A DNA stretch of 48,217 bases from Octopus bimaculoides (Eukaryota), in contig NC_068983.1 in NCBI RefSeq assembly GCF_001194135.2, positions 90,843,995 through 90,892,211 of the forward strand, written 5' to 3'. Below, piece after piece: positions 23,331 through 36,465 of the stretch. Within the stretch, counting starts at the first letter, position 1. Each line of letters begins with the position of its first letter. A program made the position numbers and the translations under genes. The notes under the pieces are model-generated. The model was given only the letters and a program-made list of their open reading frames with translations, had not been told where the DNA came from and searched no databases.

Positions 23331-24153
23331 TTTAACCTACGATCATTCAAACATGTTAAAATTCTTGCCCCTATTGGGGGTAAGTGTAATGTAAGCATTG
23401 TAAGTATAAGTGTTATGAGCATTGTAAATATAAGCATTATTGCTACAAACATAAATAGGTCAATGTTTAAATTAAATAGATGAGCTGCTAGTGTTTAGTC
23501 CATTATATATAGAAAGAAGTAGGTGGTTTGTTAATTAACTAAGTAACACATCTCCTTTTGGTGCATGCAGTAGTGTGGATGATTGGTGGAGGGGAGCTAT
23601 ACAAGTCTTCTGGTACAGAAGTGAGGCAGGGCCCTGTAGGGGGTTTCCGGTATAGGTACTGGGGGCAAGACTGGGTAGGTGCATCGCAGATAAGCAATGG
23701 CCAACTTCACCTCAGGAAATAGCAGTAAGAAGACATTAGTGAGGCAGAGACAGAGAAAGGAAGAGAGACTTGAAAGACTTTATTCATTGGGGGCAACATG
23801 ACAAATATGAGAAAGACACAAGTTATAAAACAAGGCGAGAATGTTTGAGTTTTAGAGAGAGGGTGAGAAATCGCTGAGGAAGTCAAGGCAAAGTATGGAA
23901 ACACATAGGTTATGAAATAGGAGAAAATATTGCAAAGGTTTAAAGAGTTACAAGTTTTGAAAGTTATTCTAAGACTTAAAGGATTACGTATTTTGCAAGT
24001 TATCTTGAATCAAAGAACAACATGTTAGTATTACAAGTTAGATGAATGAATGATAAGTGATTAAAACTAAAGAAATTTTTTAGCTTAGCTGGTCATTTCA
24101 CGTGGTGTAATAGCATCAGCAGCAGAGCAAGCAATATACATACATATTATGTG

Positions 24154-24195
<42 letters not shown>

Positions 24196-24366
24196 TTTTC
24201 CAAGGAAGTTAGAGGTTGTGAATTCAGCCAACTAAGGGATAATTTCTATCCAATATACTGCTGGTAGAATACCTAATTATTATTAATACACAAGAAGTGT
24301 TTTTTCATTGCATGGCAATTAAATTACCAAGTGTAATAAATGGGTGAGGGTAAAGAGTTATTTTAC

Positions 24367-24397
<31 letters not shown>

Positions 24398-24668
24398 TAA
24401 TTTAGAGACGAACCACCACTCTACAACTCAGTCAATTCAGAACCCGTCCAAATCCATGCTGTGAGGCATATACCATATCAATATTTATCTAAGATTTTAA
24501 TCTAAAATTTTAAATTTAAATAATATATCATATAAATATATCATATAAAGAAACATTCATCATAAAAATATTAATTTAAAAATCAAAATTATAAATTGGA
24601 CAGTAAAAATTAATACAATAATATAAAGTATGAAAGTATAAATGTATAAAAGTCAGTGCTAGTACATA

Positions 24669-24783
24669 GACTACGTGCGTTTAAAGGCTGAAATAGGACT
24701 ATGTAAAATCATAAGCAAATTCTATCCAAGTTCATTAGAACGGGGAAATGATATTACTCCCAAAATCAGTCACTCTTCAGGTC
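24669..24783 (-). ncRNA. Degenerate type-I hammerhead ribozyme motif (PLE-terminal-repeat type)
   Basis: Minus strand: GAC-CTGAAGA-[gtgactga...tcagcctt, long stem II]-TAAAC-GCAC-GTA-GTC. Stem I is GAC/GTC; G12 is replaced by U. Confidence 0.5.
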
Positions 24784-25510
24784 AAATCCCTAAGAAAATA
24801 CCTAAAATCATTCAAGGAATAAACATAAATATGAGAAATAAAAATATATATAAAGAGACAAAATCTGTAAACTAATCCCTACATAAACGGTATTAATATA
24901 ATTATTAAGAGTTACAATCTAAAAATATTGAAAAAGAGTATTATAGTGAACAAAGTTAAAACATTATGGAATGTTTTAATCTTCCCTCATACTAAGCATG
25001 TGTGTGTGTTTAAGAAAAGAGATTTACTAACAGAAAAGTATGCCAACAAAATAAATTATCTTTTACATACCTTTTTTTAAATCACTGTCACCCTACTTAA
25101 ATTCCTTACATACATGCATACACACAGTGATGCTGCTGATGCAGAAACCAAATTTCTTTTTTATAATCCTCAACTTTCTTTATTAATTGTCTCATTCCCT
25201 ACATGCATCCTGAATTGACACTCCAACACTTGATCTCTCTCACCTCCAAACCCAATGCCAACCTGTAACTGTTTCTGCATCTATCAGGTCTGAGGCAAAA
25301 TGACACGTAGTTCTGTTTATCCTCATTTGTGGTGCTCTTAGTAAAATCATTTTTTTATCTTTTGCAAAGTTATGGAAAATATCTATCTTGTTAAGTGAAT
25401 AAATATTGTGGTCTTTTTTATTAATTGGTGTGATGAGAAGTATAATGGTTACATCCTACTAGAGTTTCAACAAGATTTCAAGAAGGATAGCTATGGTTAT
25501 TATATATCAG

Positions 25511-25660
25511 TTTCAAATTCCACTGAGGTCGACTTTGACTTTCATCCTTTTGGGGTCGATAAATTAAGTACCAGTTATGCACTGAGATCAATGTAATCGA
25601 TTGTCCCCCCCCCCCTACCAAATTTCAGGCCTTGTGCCTATAATAGAAAGGATTATATGT
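25511..25660 (+). mobile_element. SINE central-domain fragment
   Basis: ttcaaattccactgaggtcgactttgactttcatccttttggggtcgataaattaagtaccag resembles a widespread metazoan SINE middle domain (from recall; family not confirmed). Confidence 0.6.
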
Positions 25661-26218
25661 CAATTTGAAATGTTGCATACTGGTAGTTGTAGGGAAAGTC
25701 ATGGGTTAGTTGGAAGTTGCAGTGAGATGTAGATCTGGGAGGGAAAATGTTTATAATACAGTGTCTGATGAGAAGTTAGCTACTGCAGGGATGATAAGAA
25801 GAGAAGAGCCAATTTATTGGTGAACAGTAGCATAAGAAAGAAGTTGATCTGAATGAAAATCAGGCTTAACTTATACAACTTAACTTGCAGAATTATCATT
25901 GAGTAGGGAATAACTAAAAACATCTATCGAACATGAAAGTAAGTATGTGTAATAAAACAGACATTGAAACATTAACATAAATTTACCAGGTTTTGTTCAC
26001 TTATCACTTTTGGTAGCACAAAAAATTCTGCTATTAAATTACATGAAAAGTTATGTTTGTTTTCTTAGTTTCATCAGTTTTTAAAGAATATCTTGATATA
26101 TGTAACACCATTATTATTATTATGTGTTACTGAGTTAAAAATTATTAATGCTTAATCCACTGATATATTTTCATCATCCAGTTCTTATGATACTTTAACT
26201 TTTTGGTTCTTTTGACAG

Positions 26219-26691
26219 TGATAAGCAAAAGTGGTATGATAGGTCCTTTAATGATGTCACAATTACCAAGGAATATGGCTCAATCACAAATGATGTCATC
26301 TTCTAATTCATCTTCCAATAACCTGCTGCAGAACTCACAGAGAATGGCAAGAAATGCTAACCACAACAACTCAATGAACAGTGGTCTGCTGCAAAATAAT
26401 TCTGCTAATAGCACACCTAATAACACCAATAGCAACAATGGTCCTACCATGGGGACAACATTGGCCAACCAGTCTCATTCAGCTTCCTCTGTAGTATCAG
26501 TTGGCTGTAGCACTGTTGCTGGTGGCCATAATAATGAAGCAGTTGTTGTTTCTGCTGGCAACTCAACAACTGCCCTACCTTCATCTTCTCAGTCCAGCTT
26601 ATCACAACAGCAGCAACCACCTCAAAATTTGGCAAACACAAAAGAGAAAACCTCAATGTGTCTAATTAATGAGTTAGCCCGTTTCAACAAG
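26219..26691 (+). CDS. stau: staufen homolog, second coding exon: N/S/Q-rich low-complexity region plus helix alpha1 of dsRBD1
   Basis: Acceptor TTCTTTTGACAG ends at 26218; donor AAG|GTAAAT at 26691/26692 (phase 0). Translation ends LANTKEKTSMCLINELARFNK, matching the Staufen dsRBD1 signature (KEKTPMCLVNELAR in fly/vertebrate Staufen). Confidence 0.95.
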
Positions 26692-27936
26692 GTAAATACT
26701 TACTTTCTTTAAATTGTAAAATTAGATGGTTTATTTATAAGTATGTTATTTAATCCATTTAAATGTGCTCTTCTTTTTTCATGGAATTCAAACCTTACAA
26801 CAGATTGTATTCTGTCCTTGGGATTTCCATTTGCTTCTGCTCACCAGACTAATTTCATGTATTATGGTTCCATGAAAGATAATTGAGCTATGAAAATAAT
26901 TGCTCAAGTATAGACTCTGACCTCTACTGGTCTGGAAAGATATGGAGGTGTAAAACATTTTCTTTGTCTTACAAAAATATTGTGATTGTTGTCATAACTA
27001 TCTTAGCAGTTGATGATATGTTGTTGGTTATAAATGAATGCTGTGATAGACGTGAATATCCTAACTTGACCAATTTCACATTGTACAACAATAAGCTCCC
27101 TGTTATTTGAAAGCTATGGTTTAATTTTGACCATAAGTTAGCATAATTTCAGAAAGGCATGCTCACTTTCCCCATATTGTCAGTTTATTTTCCCCATTTT
27201 GTTAAGGTTTCATATTTAATTCAAAACAATAAAAAGAAACTGTAATGTACTGGACTATATTGCATTTGTTTCATCTTTCTGTGATCTGAGTTTAAGTCCT
27301 GTTAGAGTCAACTTTGCCTTTCATAAATTTTAATAAAATAAGTACCAAGTGCCTGATCATGTACCTATGTTTAAAAAAATTATTATTAATAGATGAGTGA
27401 TGCAAAGTCTTAGAGGTAAGCTCTTGCTGAACCACATTCATATGTTGAATCTGATTCCTAGTTGAAGCCATTTTGTGATGGCAATTGCCTTTTGGAAAAT
27501 GCATTGCTATTAAACTTGCCTATATTTCAGTTTCCTCAACAACAAAAAAATGAAGTTCCTATACAAAAAAATGTAAGATGCATGACTGACAATTGTTATT
27601 GAACTATATAGAAATTGCACTTGAAAAGCTTTATATTAGTTTTCATCCTGTAATATCATCATCATTGTTTTATGTTAGTTTTTGTTTGTTGGCATATGAT
27701 GGACAAGTTTCAATTGCAGCAGCCTTCAATACATTTTAGTGCTTCATTCTGTATTTTATGATGTTCGAGATTTGAATATTAATTTTATATTTATAGATTG
27801 ATGTTCTTTCTACTACCAACTACTATGACTGCAAGGTAGTTAATATGGCACCAGCATTTGAAAAAAAAAATCATCTTGGACTTCAAGCCTTCTTTACCAC
27901 TTATCAGTTTGTTAGAATAAAATATTAAACAATATA

Positions 27937-28322
27937 GGCGTAGGTGTGGCTGTGTGGTAAGGAGCTTGCTTTCCAACCACATGGTTCCATGTTCAGTCAC
28001 ACTGCATGACACCTTGGGCAAGTGTCTTTTACTATAGCCTCGAGCTGACCAAACCATTGTGAGTGGATTTGGTAGATGGAAACTGAAAGAAGCCCTATAT
28101 ATGTGTGTGTGTGTTTTTGTGTTTGTTTGTAGTCCCATCATTGCTTGACAACTGGTGTTGGTGTGTTTACATCCCTGTAACTTAGCAGTTCAGCAAAAAT
28201 GACCAATAGAGTAAGTACTGGGCTTAAAAAATAAGTCCATGGGTTGATTCGTTTGACTAAAAATCCTTCAGGGTGGCACTACAGCAAGGCTGCAGTCAAA
28301 TGGACTGAAACAAGTAAAATAA
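27937..28322 (+). mobile_element. Full-length tRNA-derived SINE with internal (TA/TG)n microsatellite
   Basis: A-box-like TGGCTGTGTGG, CORE-like accttgggcaagtgtctt, internal microsatellite, 3' end gactgaaacaagtaaaat. Homologous to 40446-40855 and 48054-48217. Confidence 0.88.
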
Positions 28323-28938
28323 TAGTTTTAAAAAATTGAAAGAATAAATATTTACACTCTGAAGTGTTCAAATGATTTCATCCCAACATAAATCTATGCT
28401 GTCAACATCTTTGAATTTAGTTTTTTCATAGTATTTCTGTATCTCATTCCCTCAAATCAACATTAGTTAGGTAAGTTTATAAATAGATACATGACATAAA
28501 ATGCTAGAGCTTCTATTTCTTTTGTTTCTATCTATAACATTCTTAACATGAACAAATACATCTTCAATATATAGGAGGGGCTTGTTTGGTCAGGTTTAAT
28601 GAGGTAAATAGAATAATATATCAGATAATCATCCCACTTTTCTCCCACCGCCTTCCCCCTTTCTCTGTGTGACTTATTTGAAAGCAATAATGAAATCATT
28701 TAAAGTTATCACAAATATAATGGACTAGAAATGTGTTATCTTGTATGCCTATTTGACCTTTGTAAAATACAGTAAATTATGAGATATAGCACCATTTGAT
28801 ACTGTTGGACATTGTTACTTCATTAGTAATTTGTAACACCACTTGTTGTGGTGTTAAGTAAACTGAGGATGGAATAAGCATTAGTATGTGCAATTACATT
28901 TTTTCTTTATTAATTTATTTGCTTGAAAATGTTTTTAG

Positions 28939-29143
28939 GTGTCACACATGTATACTCTGGTGGATGAAATTGGCCCAGCTCACAAGAAAACATTTTTTGT
29001 GAAGCTGAAGCTTGGAGAAGAGGAATATTCAGCTTCAGGACCTAGCATAAAGAAGGCACAACATGCTGCAGCAAGTATTGGTCTTGAAAAAACTGCTTAC
29101 AAACATCCTCCTCCCAAACCTTCACCTAAAAAATTTAATGGAG
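28939..29143 (+). CDS. stau: staufen homolog, third coding exon: remainder of dsRBD1 plus Pro-rich linker
   Basis: Acceptor TTTTTAG ends at 28938; donor GAG|GTATGT at 29143/29144 (phase 1). Encodes VSHMYTLVDEIGPAHKKTFFVKLKLGEEEYSASGPSIKKAQHAAASIGLEKTAYKHPPPKP, with the dsRBD motifs GPAH and KKxAQHxAA. In frame with the previous exon. Confidence 0.96.
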
Positions 29144-29374
29144 GTATGTGCCTTTTCTGACATCTTTTTTTACTTCTTAATCTTTACTTTTGTAATGATA
29201 ATTTATTCTTAATTTATTCATACCAAGTTGGAACTGATTTGAAGAAATACTGTGTTGTAAGTGTTCAGTCATATTAGCCCTTTCGTTACTATATTTCTAA
29301 CCAATAAATACCCCTTATGTGTTTCAATTAAATTTGGTCTTTGTGTTTCTCTGTTCTTGTTGTATTTTTGCTAA

Positions 29375-31375
29375 ACCTGCTGAGGCCTGTGCTGGGGAAG
29401 TTACTACTTGGATTTCCGCTGGTATTAACACCTTCATACCATCTTGCAAATACCAGCTGAAACCACATTCCTCAACCTGGTTTTCTCCTGCTTGTACTGC
29501 TGCCCATCGTAATCATTTTTTCCACCAGTTTCAGCGAGACAGTTCTGCAGTGAATAAACAGCTTTTCACCAATGCTCGCAATCACTGTAGGGCTGTCATT
29601 CGTGATGCTAAATCAGACGAGCAGCACATTCATGATTGTATATCATCCCAGAAAATAAGCTCTCGTGACTTCTGGAGAATTATTAAAAGTATTAAAGGTA
29701 ACAATAAGTCTTCTATTCCTCCTTTATTCAACTGACCTGAAGTCTTGACTACATTTAATGATAAAGCAGAGCTTTTTGCTCAATTATTTAGTTCTCACTC
29801 TATTCTCGATGACTCTGGTCATCCACTTCCTGATGTTTTTCTCAAAATTGATAAACTGTTACACAGTTGTCATATTACTTCTGCTAAGGTTGCGGCCATT
29901 GTGGCACAGTTGGATCCATGTAAAGCAACTGGACCTGATGATATTACAGTCATTGTTCTTCAGAAGTTCTCTCCTGAGTTGTCTGCTGTCTTATCTAGGC
30001 TCTTCCAAAGTGTATCTCAGAATCTTGTTTTCCTTTTTTATGGAAGTTCCCAACTGTTGTTCTTATCTTTAAGAACTGTGGTGATCAATCTAATCCTTGT
30101 AATTACAGACCAGTTAGTCAACTACCAATCATCAATAAGGTTTTTGAGTATTTGGTTAATGACTCTCTCGTAAATTATCTTGACTCAAATCATTTATTCT
30201 CTGACTCTCAATATGGTTTCCTTGCAGGACGGTCTACTGCTAATCTTCTCACTGTTATATCCGAGTGTGTTTATCATGCCTTGAATATATCTGATCAAGC
30301 TAGAGCAGTTGCTCTTGATAACTCTAAGGCATATTTGATAGGGTTTGGCATGCTGGACTTCTTTGGAAGCTCCAATCCTTTAGTGTGTCAGGTTCCATGC
30401 TGAACATCATCTCCACTTACCTTTATGACCATAGGATCAAGGTTGTTCTTGATGGTCAGTCTTCATCTAGTTATTCTATTAATGGTGGGGTTCCTCAAGG
30501 TTCTGTCCTGGGCCCAACTCTCTTTTTATCAATGATCTGCCTGATCATATCATCTGTCAGCTAGTAATCTATGCTGATAACTCAACTTTGTACTCTTGTT
30601 TGGACAAATCTGATGACTTGTTTGATAAGGTTGAGATCGCTGCTAACCTTGAGAATGATCTTCGATCTATTACTGAGTGGGGTAGGAAATGGCTTGTAAC
30701 ATTCAGTCCATCAAAAACTAAACTTCTTTCAATTAATTGCTTCAGACATCCTTTCTTGCCATCGGTTTCGATGGATGGTATTGACTTACCTAAAAGTCGT
30801 TCTTTTCATCTCCTAGGAGTGACTTTCTGTAATGATTTTTCTTGGAGGACTTGCATTGACTCCATTGCCAAATCAGCTGCAATGAAGGTACGCTCACTCC
30901 TTTGTTCAAGGAGTTAACTCACTCCTAAGACTATTCTTTATCTTTATAAGTCCACCATTCGCCCCTGCATTGAGTACTGTTGTCACATATGGGCAGGTGC
31001 TCCTGCAGATTGTTTAACTCTGTTGGACCACATTCAATGCTGTATTTGTAATGCTATTAGTCCTGAATTGGATTCATTCTCTCATCGTCTCGTGTGGCTT
31101 CCTTGTCTCTTTTCTGTAAGTATTTTTATGGACATTGTTCAGCTGAGCTCTCTTCTCTGGTTCCTCCTTTAAGAACTTATCAGTGATCAATTAGACTTGC
31201 ATCCAGTCCTCATCACTATACTGTGCAATCTCCTAAATGTCATAAAGCACTTTACAGTACCAATTTCTTCCCTCACACCTCTAAACTTTGGAATTCACTT
31301 CCACAGTCTGGTTTTCCTTTTCACTATGACCTCCAGTCTTTTAAGTCTAATGTACATCAATATCCCACTTTCTCC
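29375..31375 (+). mobile_element. 5'-truncated CR1/L2-group LINE, second family
   Basis: KPHSSTWFSPAC...SRDFWRII...KATGPDDI...QYGFLAGRSTANLL...ALDNSKA...GVPQGSVLGPTL...YADN...IRPCIEYCCHIWAG. Many frameshifts. Starts ~230 bp after staufen exon 3. Confidence 0.88.
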
Positions 31376-32456
31376 AAATCGACTTCGAATTTCCTCTGCT
31401 GACAGAATGCGAAATCCAGAAGATGAACAGCTAAGACCTTACTTCAACCTTTCATATACTCCTATTTCAACGTTGATCATAATCCCCACCACCCTTGTTC
31501 TTTATTATCTATCTATTTCTTTACCATGTAAACATTGCTTGTTTGATTCATCTCCCTGTTTGTCTTAAATTCATGCATTCCTTTTAATCGCCACGCTTTA
31601 TTTATTTATTTTCTTTACTTTATTCAAGTTTATCGTTCCTTTAACTCATTCTCTCTCAATCTGTCTAAATTTGTCTACCATAGTATAAAAGTGCAGAAGT
31701 GGCTCTCCCTTTAAACTTACTGGCTCGCGGTATACNNNNNNNNNNNNNNNNNNNNNNNNNNNNNNNNNNNNNNNNNNNNNNNNNNNNNNNNNNNNNNNNN
31801 NNNNNNNNNNNNNNNNNNNNNNNNNNNNNNNNNNNNNNNNNNNNNNNNNNNNNNNNNNNNNNNNNNNNNNNNNNNNNNNNNNNNNNNNNNNNNNNNNNNN
31901 NNNNNNNNNNNNNNNNNNNNNNNNNNNNNNNNNNNNNNNNNNNNNNNNNNNNNNNNNNNNNNNNNNNNNNNNNNNNNNNNNNNNNNNNNNNNNNNNNNNN
32001 NNNNNNNNNNNNNNNNNNNNNNNNNNNNNNNNNNNNNNNNNNNNNNNNNNNNNNNNNNNNNNNNNNNNNNNNNNNNNNNNNNNNNNNNNNNNNNNNNNNN
32101 NNNNNNNNNNNNNNNNNNNNNNNNNNNNNNNNNNNNNNNNNNNNNNNNNNNNNNNNNNNNNNNNNNNNNNNNNNNNNNNNNNNNNNNNNNNNNNNNNNNN
32201 NNNNNNNNNNNNNNNNNNNNNNNNNNNNNNNNNNNNNNNNNNNNNNNNNNNNNNNNNNNNNNNNNNNNNNNNNNNNNNNNNNNNNNNNNNNNNNNNNNNN
32301 NNNNNNNNNNNNNNNNNNNNNNNNNNNNNNNNNNNNNNNNNNNNNNNNNNNNNNNNNNNNNNNNNNNNNNNNNNNNNNNNNNNNNNNNNNNNNNNNNNNN
32401 NNNNNNNNNNNNNNNNNNNNNNNNNNNNNNNNNNNNNNNNNNNNNNNNNNNNNNNN

Positions 32457-34746
32457 GTTCCAGCAGACACACTAGCCAAATCAACTACATCCTTGCCAGA
32501 AATAGGGAAAGAGAACTGCTTATAAATGCCAAAATCTTCCCAGGCAAAGAATGTACCCCTCAACACAGATTAGTAGCTAGCGACTTCGAGATCAAGGCTA
32601 AGTGGATGCCCAGCTTGGAGGAGAAGGGTCTGGAAGCTTAAAGATCATGCAAATGGACAGAGATTTTAGAAATGTCTTACTCGAAGCATTTGACGAAATA
32701 GAAGGGGATATAGCATCACACAACGTGGAAGCCAATTGGAAGTTTCTACGGGACAACCTGCTGAGAGCCACCGACCTGATCTTTGGCTGGTGCAAAGTCC
32801 TCTCTCTACCCAAAAACCAATGTGGTTGACAGGGCTATTAGATAAAAGAAACCGGCTTAGAAGGACTGGAGGAACGGAGGTAGCAGGAACTTGTATCAGA
32901 CTGCCAGAAGGGAAGCTAGGAGACAGGTTTACTTAGCCAGAGGGGAAGCAGATAAGAAAAATTTGCCAATGTTCTGCGCCGTGAGGACCAAAGACTTTAA
33001 GTATTTCGTGTTGCATAACAGTGTGTGAGAGACAAATGAGTCCGCATGGATGATGGTTCACTTGCACTAGACATGGCTGCAAAGAGAGAGGTTTGGAGAT
33101 GCCACTATGAAAGGTTGCTCAATAAAGAGAATGAATGAGAGAAAGAGAGTTGTGCCGAATGTTGATCCAACAGAGGACCAGCTATCTGAGTTGACAGTAC
33201 CATGTTAGATAAAACAATTATAAGTATGAAGATAGGGAAAGCCCCCCGGCACATCAGGAATCAATGCAGAGATGCTCAAAATATCTGGCAGTGTCAGCTA
33301 TAGCCTAGTCACCCATATAATTAATCAGGTGATACACGAAGGAGTTATACCCAATGACTGGTGTAGCAGCACCATAGTCAACTGCTACAAAGGTAAAGGT
33401 GACGCTTTAGACACAAACAATTACAGAGGTATCAAGTTGTTGGACCGGGTAATGAAGGTCACCGAGAGGGTCATAGCCCAACAAATTAGGGAGAGAGTCA
33501 GTTTAGATGAGATGCAGTTTGGGTTCGTTCCAGGGAAAAGCACTACTGATGCTATATTTCTGGTAAGACAGCTGCAGGAAAAATATCTAGCCAAAGATAA
33601 ACCTCTGTACCTGGCTTTCATTGATATGGAGAAAGCCTTTGACAGGGTCCCCCGCTCCCTTATCTGGTGGTCAATGAGGAAACTAGGGATAGATGAGTGG
33701 TTAGTAAGACCTGTGCAAGGCATGTACAGGGACGCTGTCAGTAAGGTGAGGGTTGGCAACGAGTACAGTGAAGAATTCCAGGTAGAGGTAGGGGGTCCAC
33801 CAAGGTTCAGTCCTCAACTCCCTCCTATTTATCATAGTCCTCCAGGCAATAACACAGGAATTCAAGACAGGATGCCCCTGGGAGCTCCTCTATGCTGATG
33901 ACATTGCCCTAATTGCTGAGTCACTATCAGAACTAGAGGAGAAATTTCAGGTGTGGAAGCAAGGACTAGAATTCAAGGGCCTTAGAGTCAACCTAACTAA
34001 AAACCAAACTCCTAATAAGTAGGAAGGGTAGACAAAACACAAACCCCTTCAGGTAGATGGCCCGTCTCGATCTGTAGAAAAGGCGTAGGTAGAAACTCTA
34101 TAAGATGTACCCAGGTGCAACTCTATAAGAGGTGCAGCAATATCAAAGGAAGGCCAACTGGAAAGATAGTTTTTGTATGTAGCAGATGCTCAGGAGCAAT
34201 AAATTCTGAAAATGTGCAGAAAACAACCTTTACCACACTCCAGAGAGAAAGACTAGAAATAGTTGATAGCTTCCTCTACTAAGGTGACCAAGTTTCTAGC
34301 AGGAGAGGGTGCGCTGAAAGTGTAGCTGCTAGAATAAGAATAGCCTGGGCAAAGTTTAGAGAGCTCTTACTTCTGCTGGTGACAAAGNNNNNNNNNNAAG
34401 AATAGCCTGGGCAAAGTTTAGAGAGCTCTTACTTCTGCTGGTGACAAAGGGCCTCTCACTCAGCGTAAAAGGCAGACTGTATGACGCATTTGTACGAACA
34501 GCCATGCTACATGGAAGCAAGCCATGGGCTGTGACTACTGAGGACATGCGTAAGCTCGCTAGAAACGAAGCCAGTATTCTCCGATGGATGTGTAATGTCA
34601 GTGTGCATACTAGATAGAGTGTAAGTACCTTGAGAGAAAAGTTGAACCTAAGAAACATCAGTTGTGGTGTGCAAGAGAGACGATTGCGCTGGTATGGTCA
34701 TGTGGCAAAAATGGATGAGGATAGGTGTGTGAAAATGTGCCATACC
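32457..34746 (+). mobile_element. RTE LINE (endonuclease C-terminus through RT thumb), 3' end lost at a Tc1 junction
   Basis: SQINYILAR...PGKECTPQHRL; ORF 33272-33898 with YKGKGDAL...NYRGIKLL...QFGFVPGKSTTDAIF...AFDRVP; then YADD; ends RWYGHVAKMDED. Confidence 0.95.
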
Positions 34747-35264
34747 AGTTTTGCCCCTCCATACATAGATTTGCCTTGAGTTTGATTTCTTTCTTGCTAT
34801 CTTTCTTGCATATCCTAGTTCTTTTAGGACTGTTCTTACAGAGTATGGCAACATTTCCATGTTGTTTGCAACTTCTCTGATGCTAAGATGGCAGTTTCTG
34901 ATGATTTCCCTCTTCAGTACCCACTTTTCTCCATCCAAAATGATATTGGCCTTCCAAAACGAGGTTTCACAAGACAATATCCTTTGTCTTGAAACCTTTT
35001 GACAATATTATTAACAGTCTGATGATTTATTTTAAATTCTTTTCTGCTTCTCTGTTCAAATTCCTGCAATGGTGCCATCTTATGATTTGCTCTCATTTGA
35101 ACTCGCTAATTTCTGCATTTCCTTTCACTTTCATAATGAAATATCTTTTGAAAAATCCATTAATTTGTTTAAGATGAGAGAAAATTCAATATAAAATGCA
35201 AGAAACATTACCAGTTATGAAATCTCAAAAATTTAGGATGGTTAAAAACTTATTGCAGCCACTG
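34747..35264 (-). mobile_element. Tc1-like transposon, left half (TIR plus transposase DNA-binding domain)
   Basis: TA|CAGTGGCTGCAATAAGTTTTTAACC TIR on - from 35264. Frameshifted MKVKGNAEISEF...INHQTVNNIVKRFQDKG...GRP...IREVANNM...VRTVLKELGY..KIARKK. Confidence 0.8.
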
Positions 35265-35465
35265 TACAGCAAAATTTTAATGGAGAAGAATTGTCCAAAT
35301 TACTGGATTATCTATCAGTTGAACTTAATGCACATAAGACATGTGTGTACCATAAAGGTAAGATAAACAGAACAAAATAAAAGAACGAAACAAAATGAAA
35401 TGCTGAGATTTGTTTTTGAAGAAAACTAGGAAATGAAATACATGCCATCAACTAAATGAAATAAA

Positions 35466-35500
<35 letters not shown>

Positions 35501-36465
35501 GTAATTACACAGAAACATCTGTAATAATGATTCACCATCCAACTTAAACTGTCATGCATCATACAGGTAAATATGAAAATGAGGTAAATTTTAAAGAAAA
35601 ATATAAATTATATATCATCGTCATCATACATCTGCTCTCAACGTTGGTGTGGGTTAGATGGTTTGACTGAAGCTGATGAGCCAGAGAGCTGCACCAGGTT
35701 CCAGTCTGATTTGGTATGGTTTCTACAGCTGGATGCCCTTCATAATGCCAACCACTCCAAGAGTGTAATGGGTACTTCTACATACCACTGGAACAGATGC
35801 CATTTACATGATACCAACAACAACCTCGACTATGATTCACAGGTGGGTGCCATTTACATGGCACTAGCAACAACCAAAACTACGATGTGTGGGTACCACT
35901 TACATGGCACCAGCAGTGACTATGACTATGATTCATGGGTACTGTTTGCATGGCACTGGCAACAACTACAACTTACAAGTGCCATTTACATGGCACTGGC
36001 AGTGAATGACCCTGACTGATGCATGGGTGCCATTTACATGACGCCAGCACAGCCTCAACTAAAATTTCACTTGCTCTGACAAGTCTTCTCAAGCACAGCA
36101 TATTGCCAGAGTTCTTGATCACTTTTCAACACCTCCATGAGGCCCAACATTCGAAGATCATGCTTCACTACCTCATCCCATGTTTTCCTGGGTCTACCTC
36201 TTCCACAGGTTCCCTTCACAGTTAGAGATAAGCACTTCTTTACATAGCTGTTCTCGTCTATATGCATCACATGACCATAGCAACGCACTCATCTCTCTTG
36301 CACACTACATCTGATGGTTCTTATGCCCAGCTTTTCTCTCAAGATGCTTACACTCTGTCATACATGCACACTAACATTTCACATCTGGCGAAGCATACTA
36401 GCTTCATTTCTTTCAAGCCTATACATATCCTCATTGGTCATAGCCCATGTTGCACTGCCATGTTT

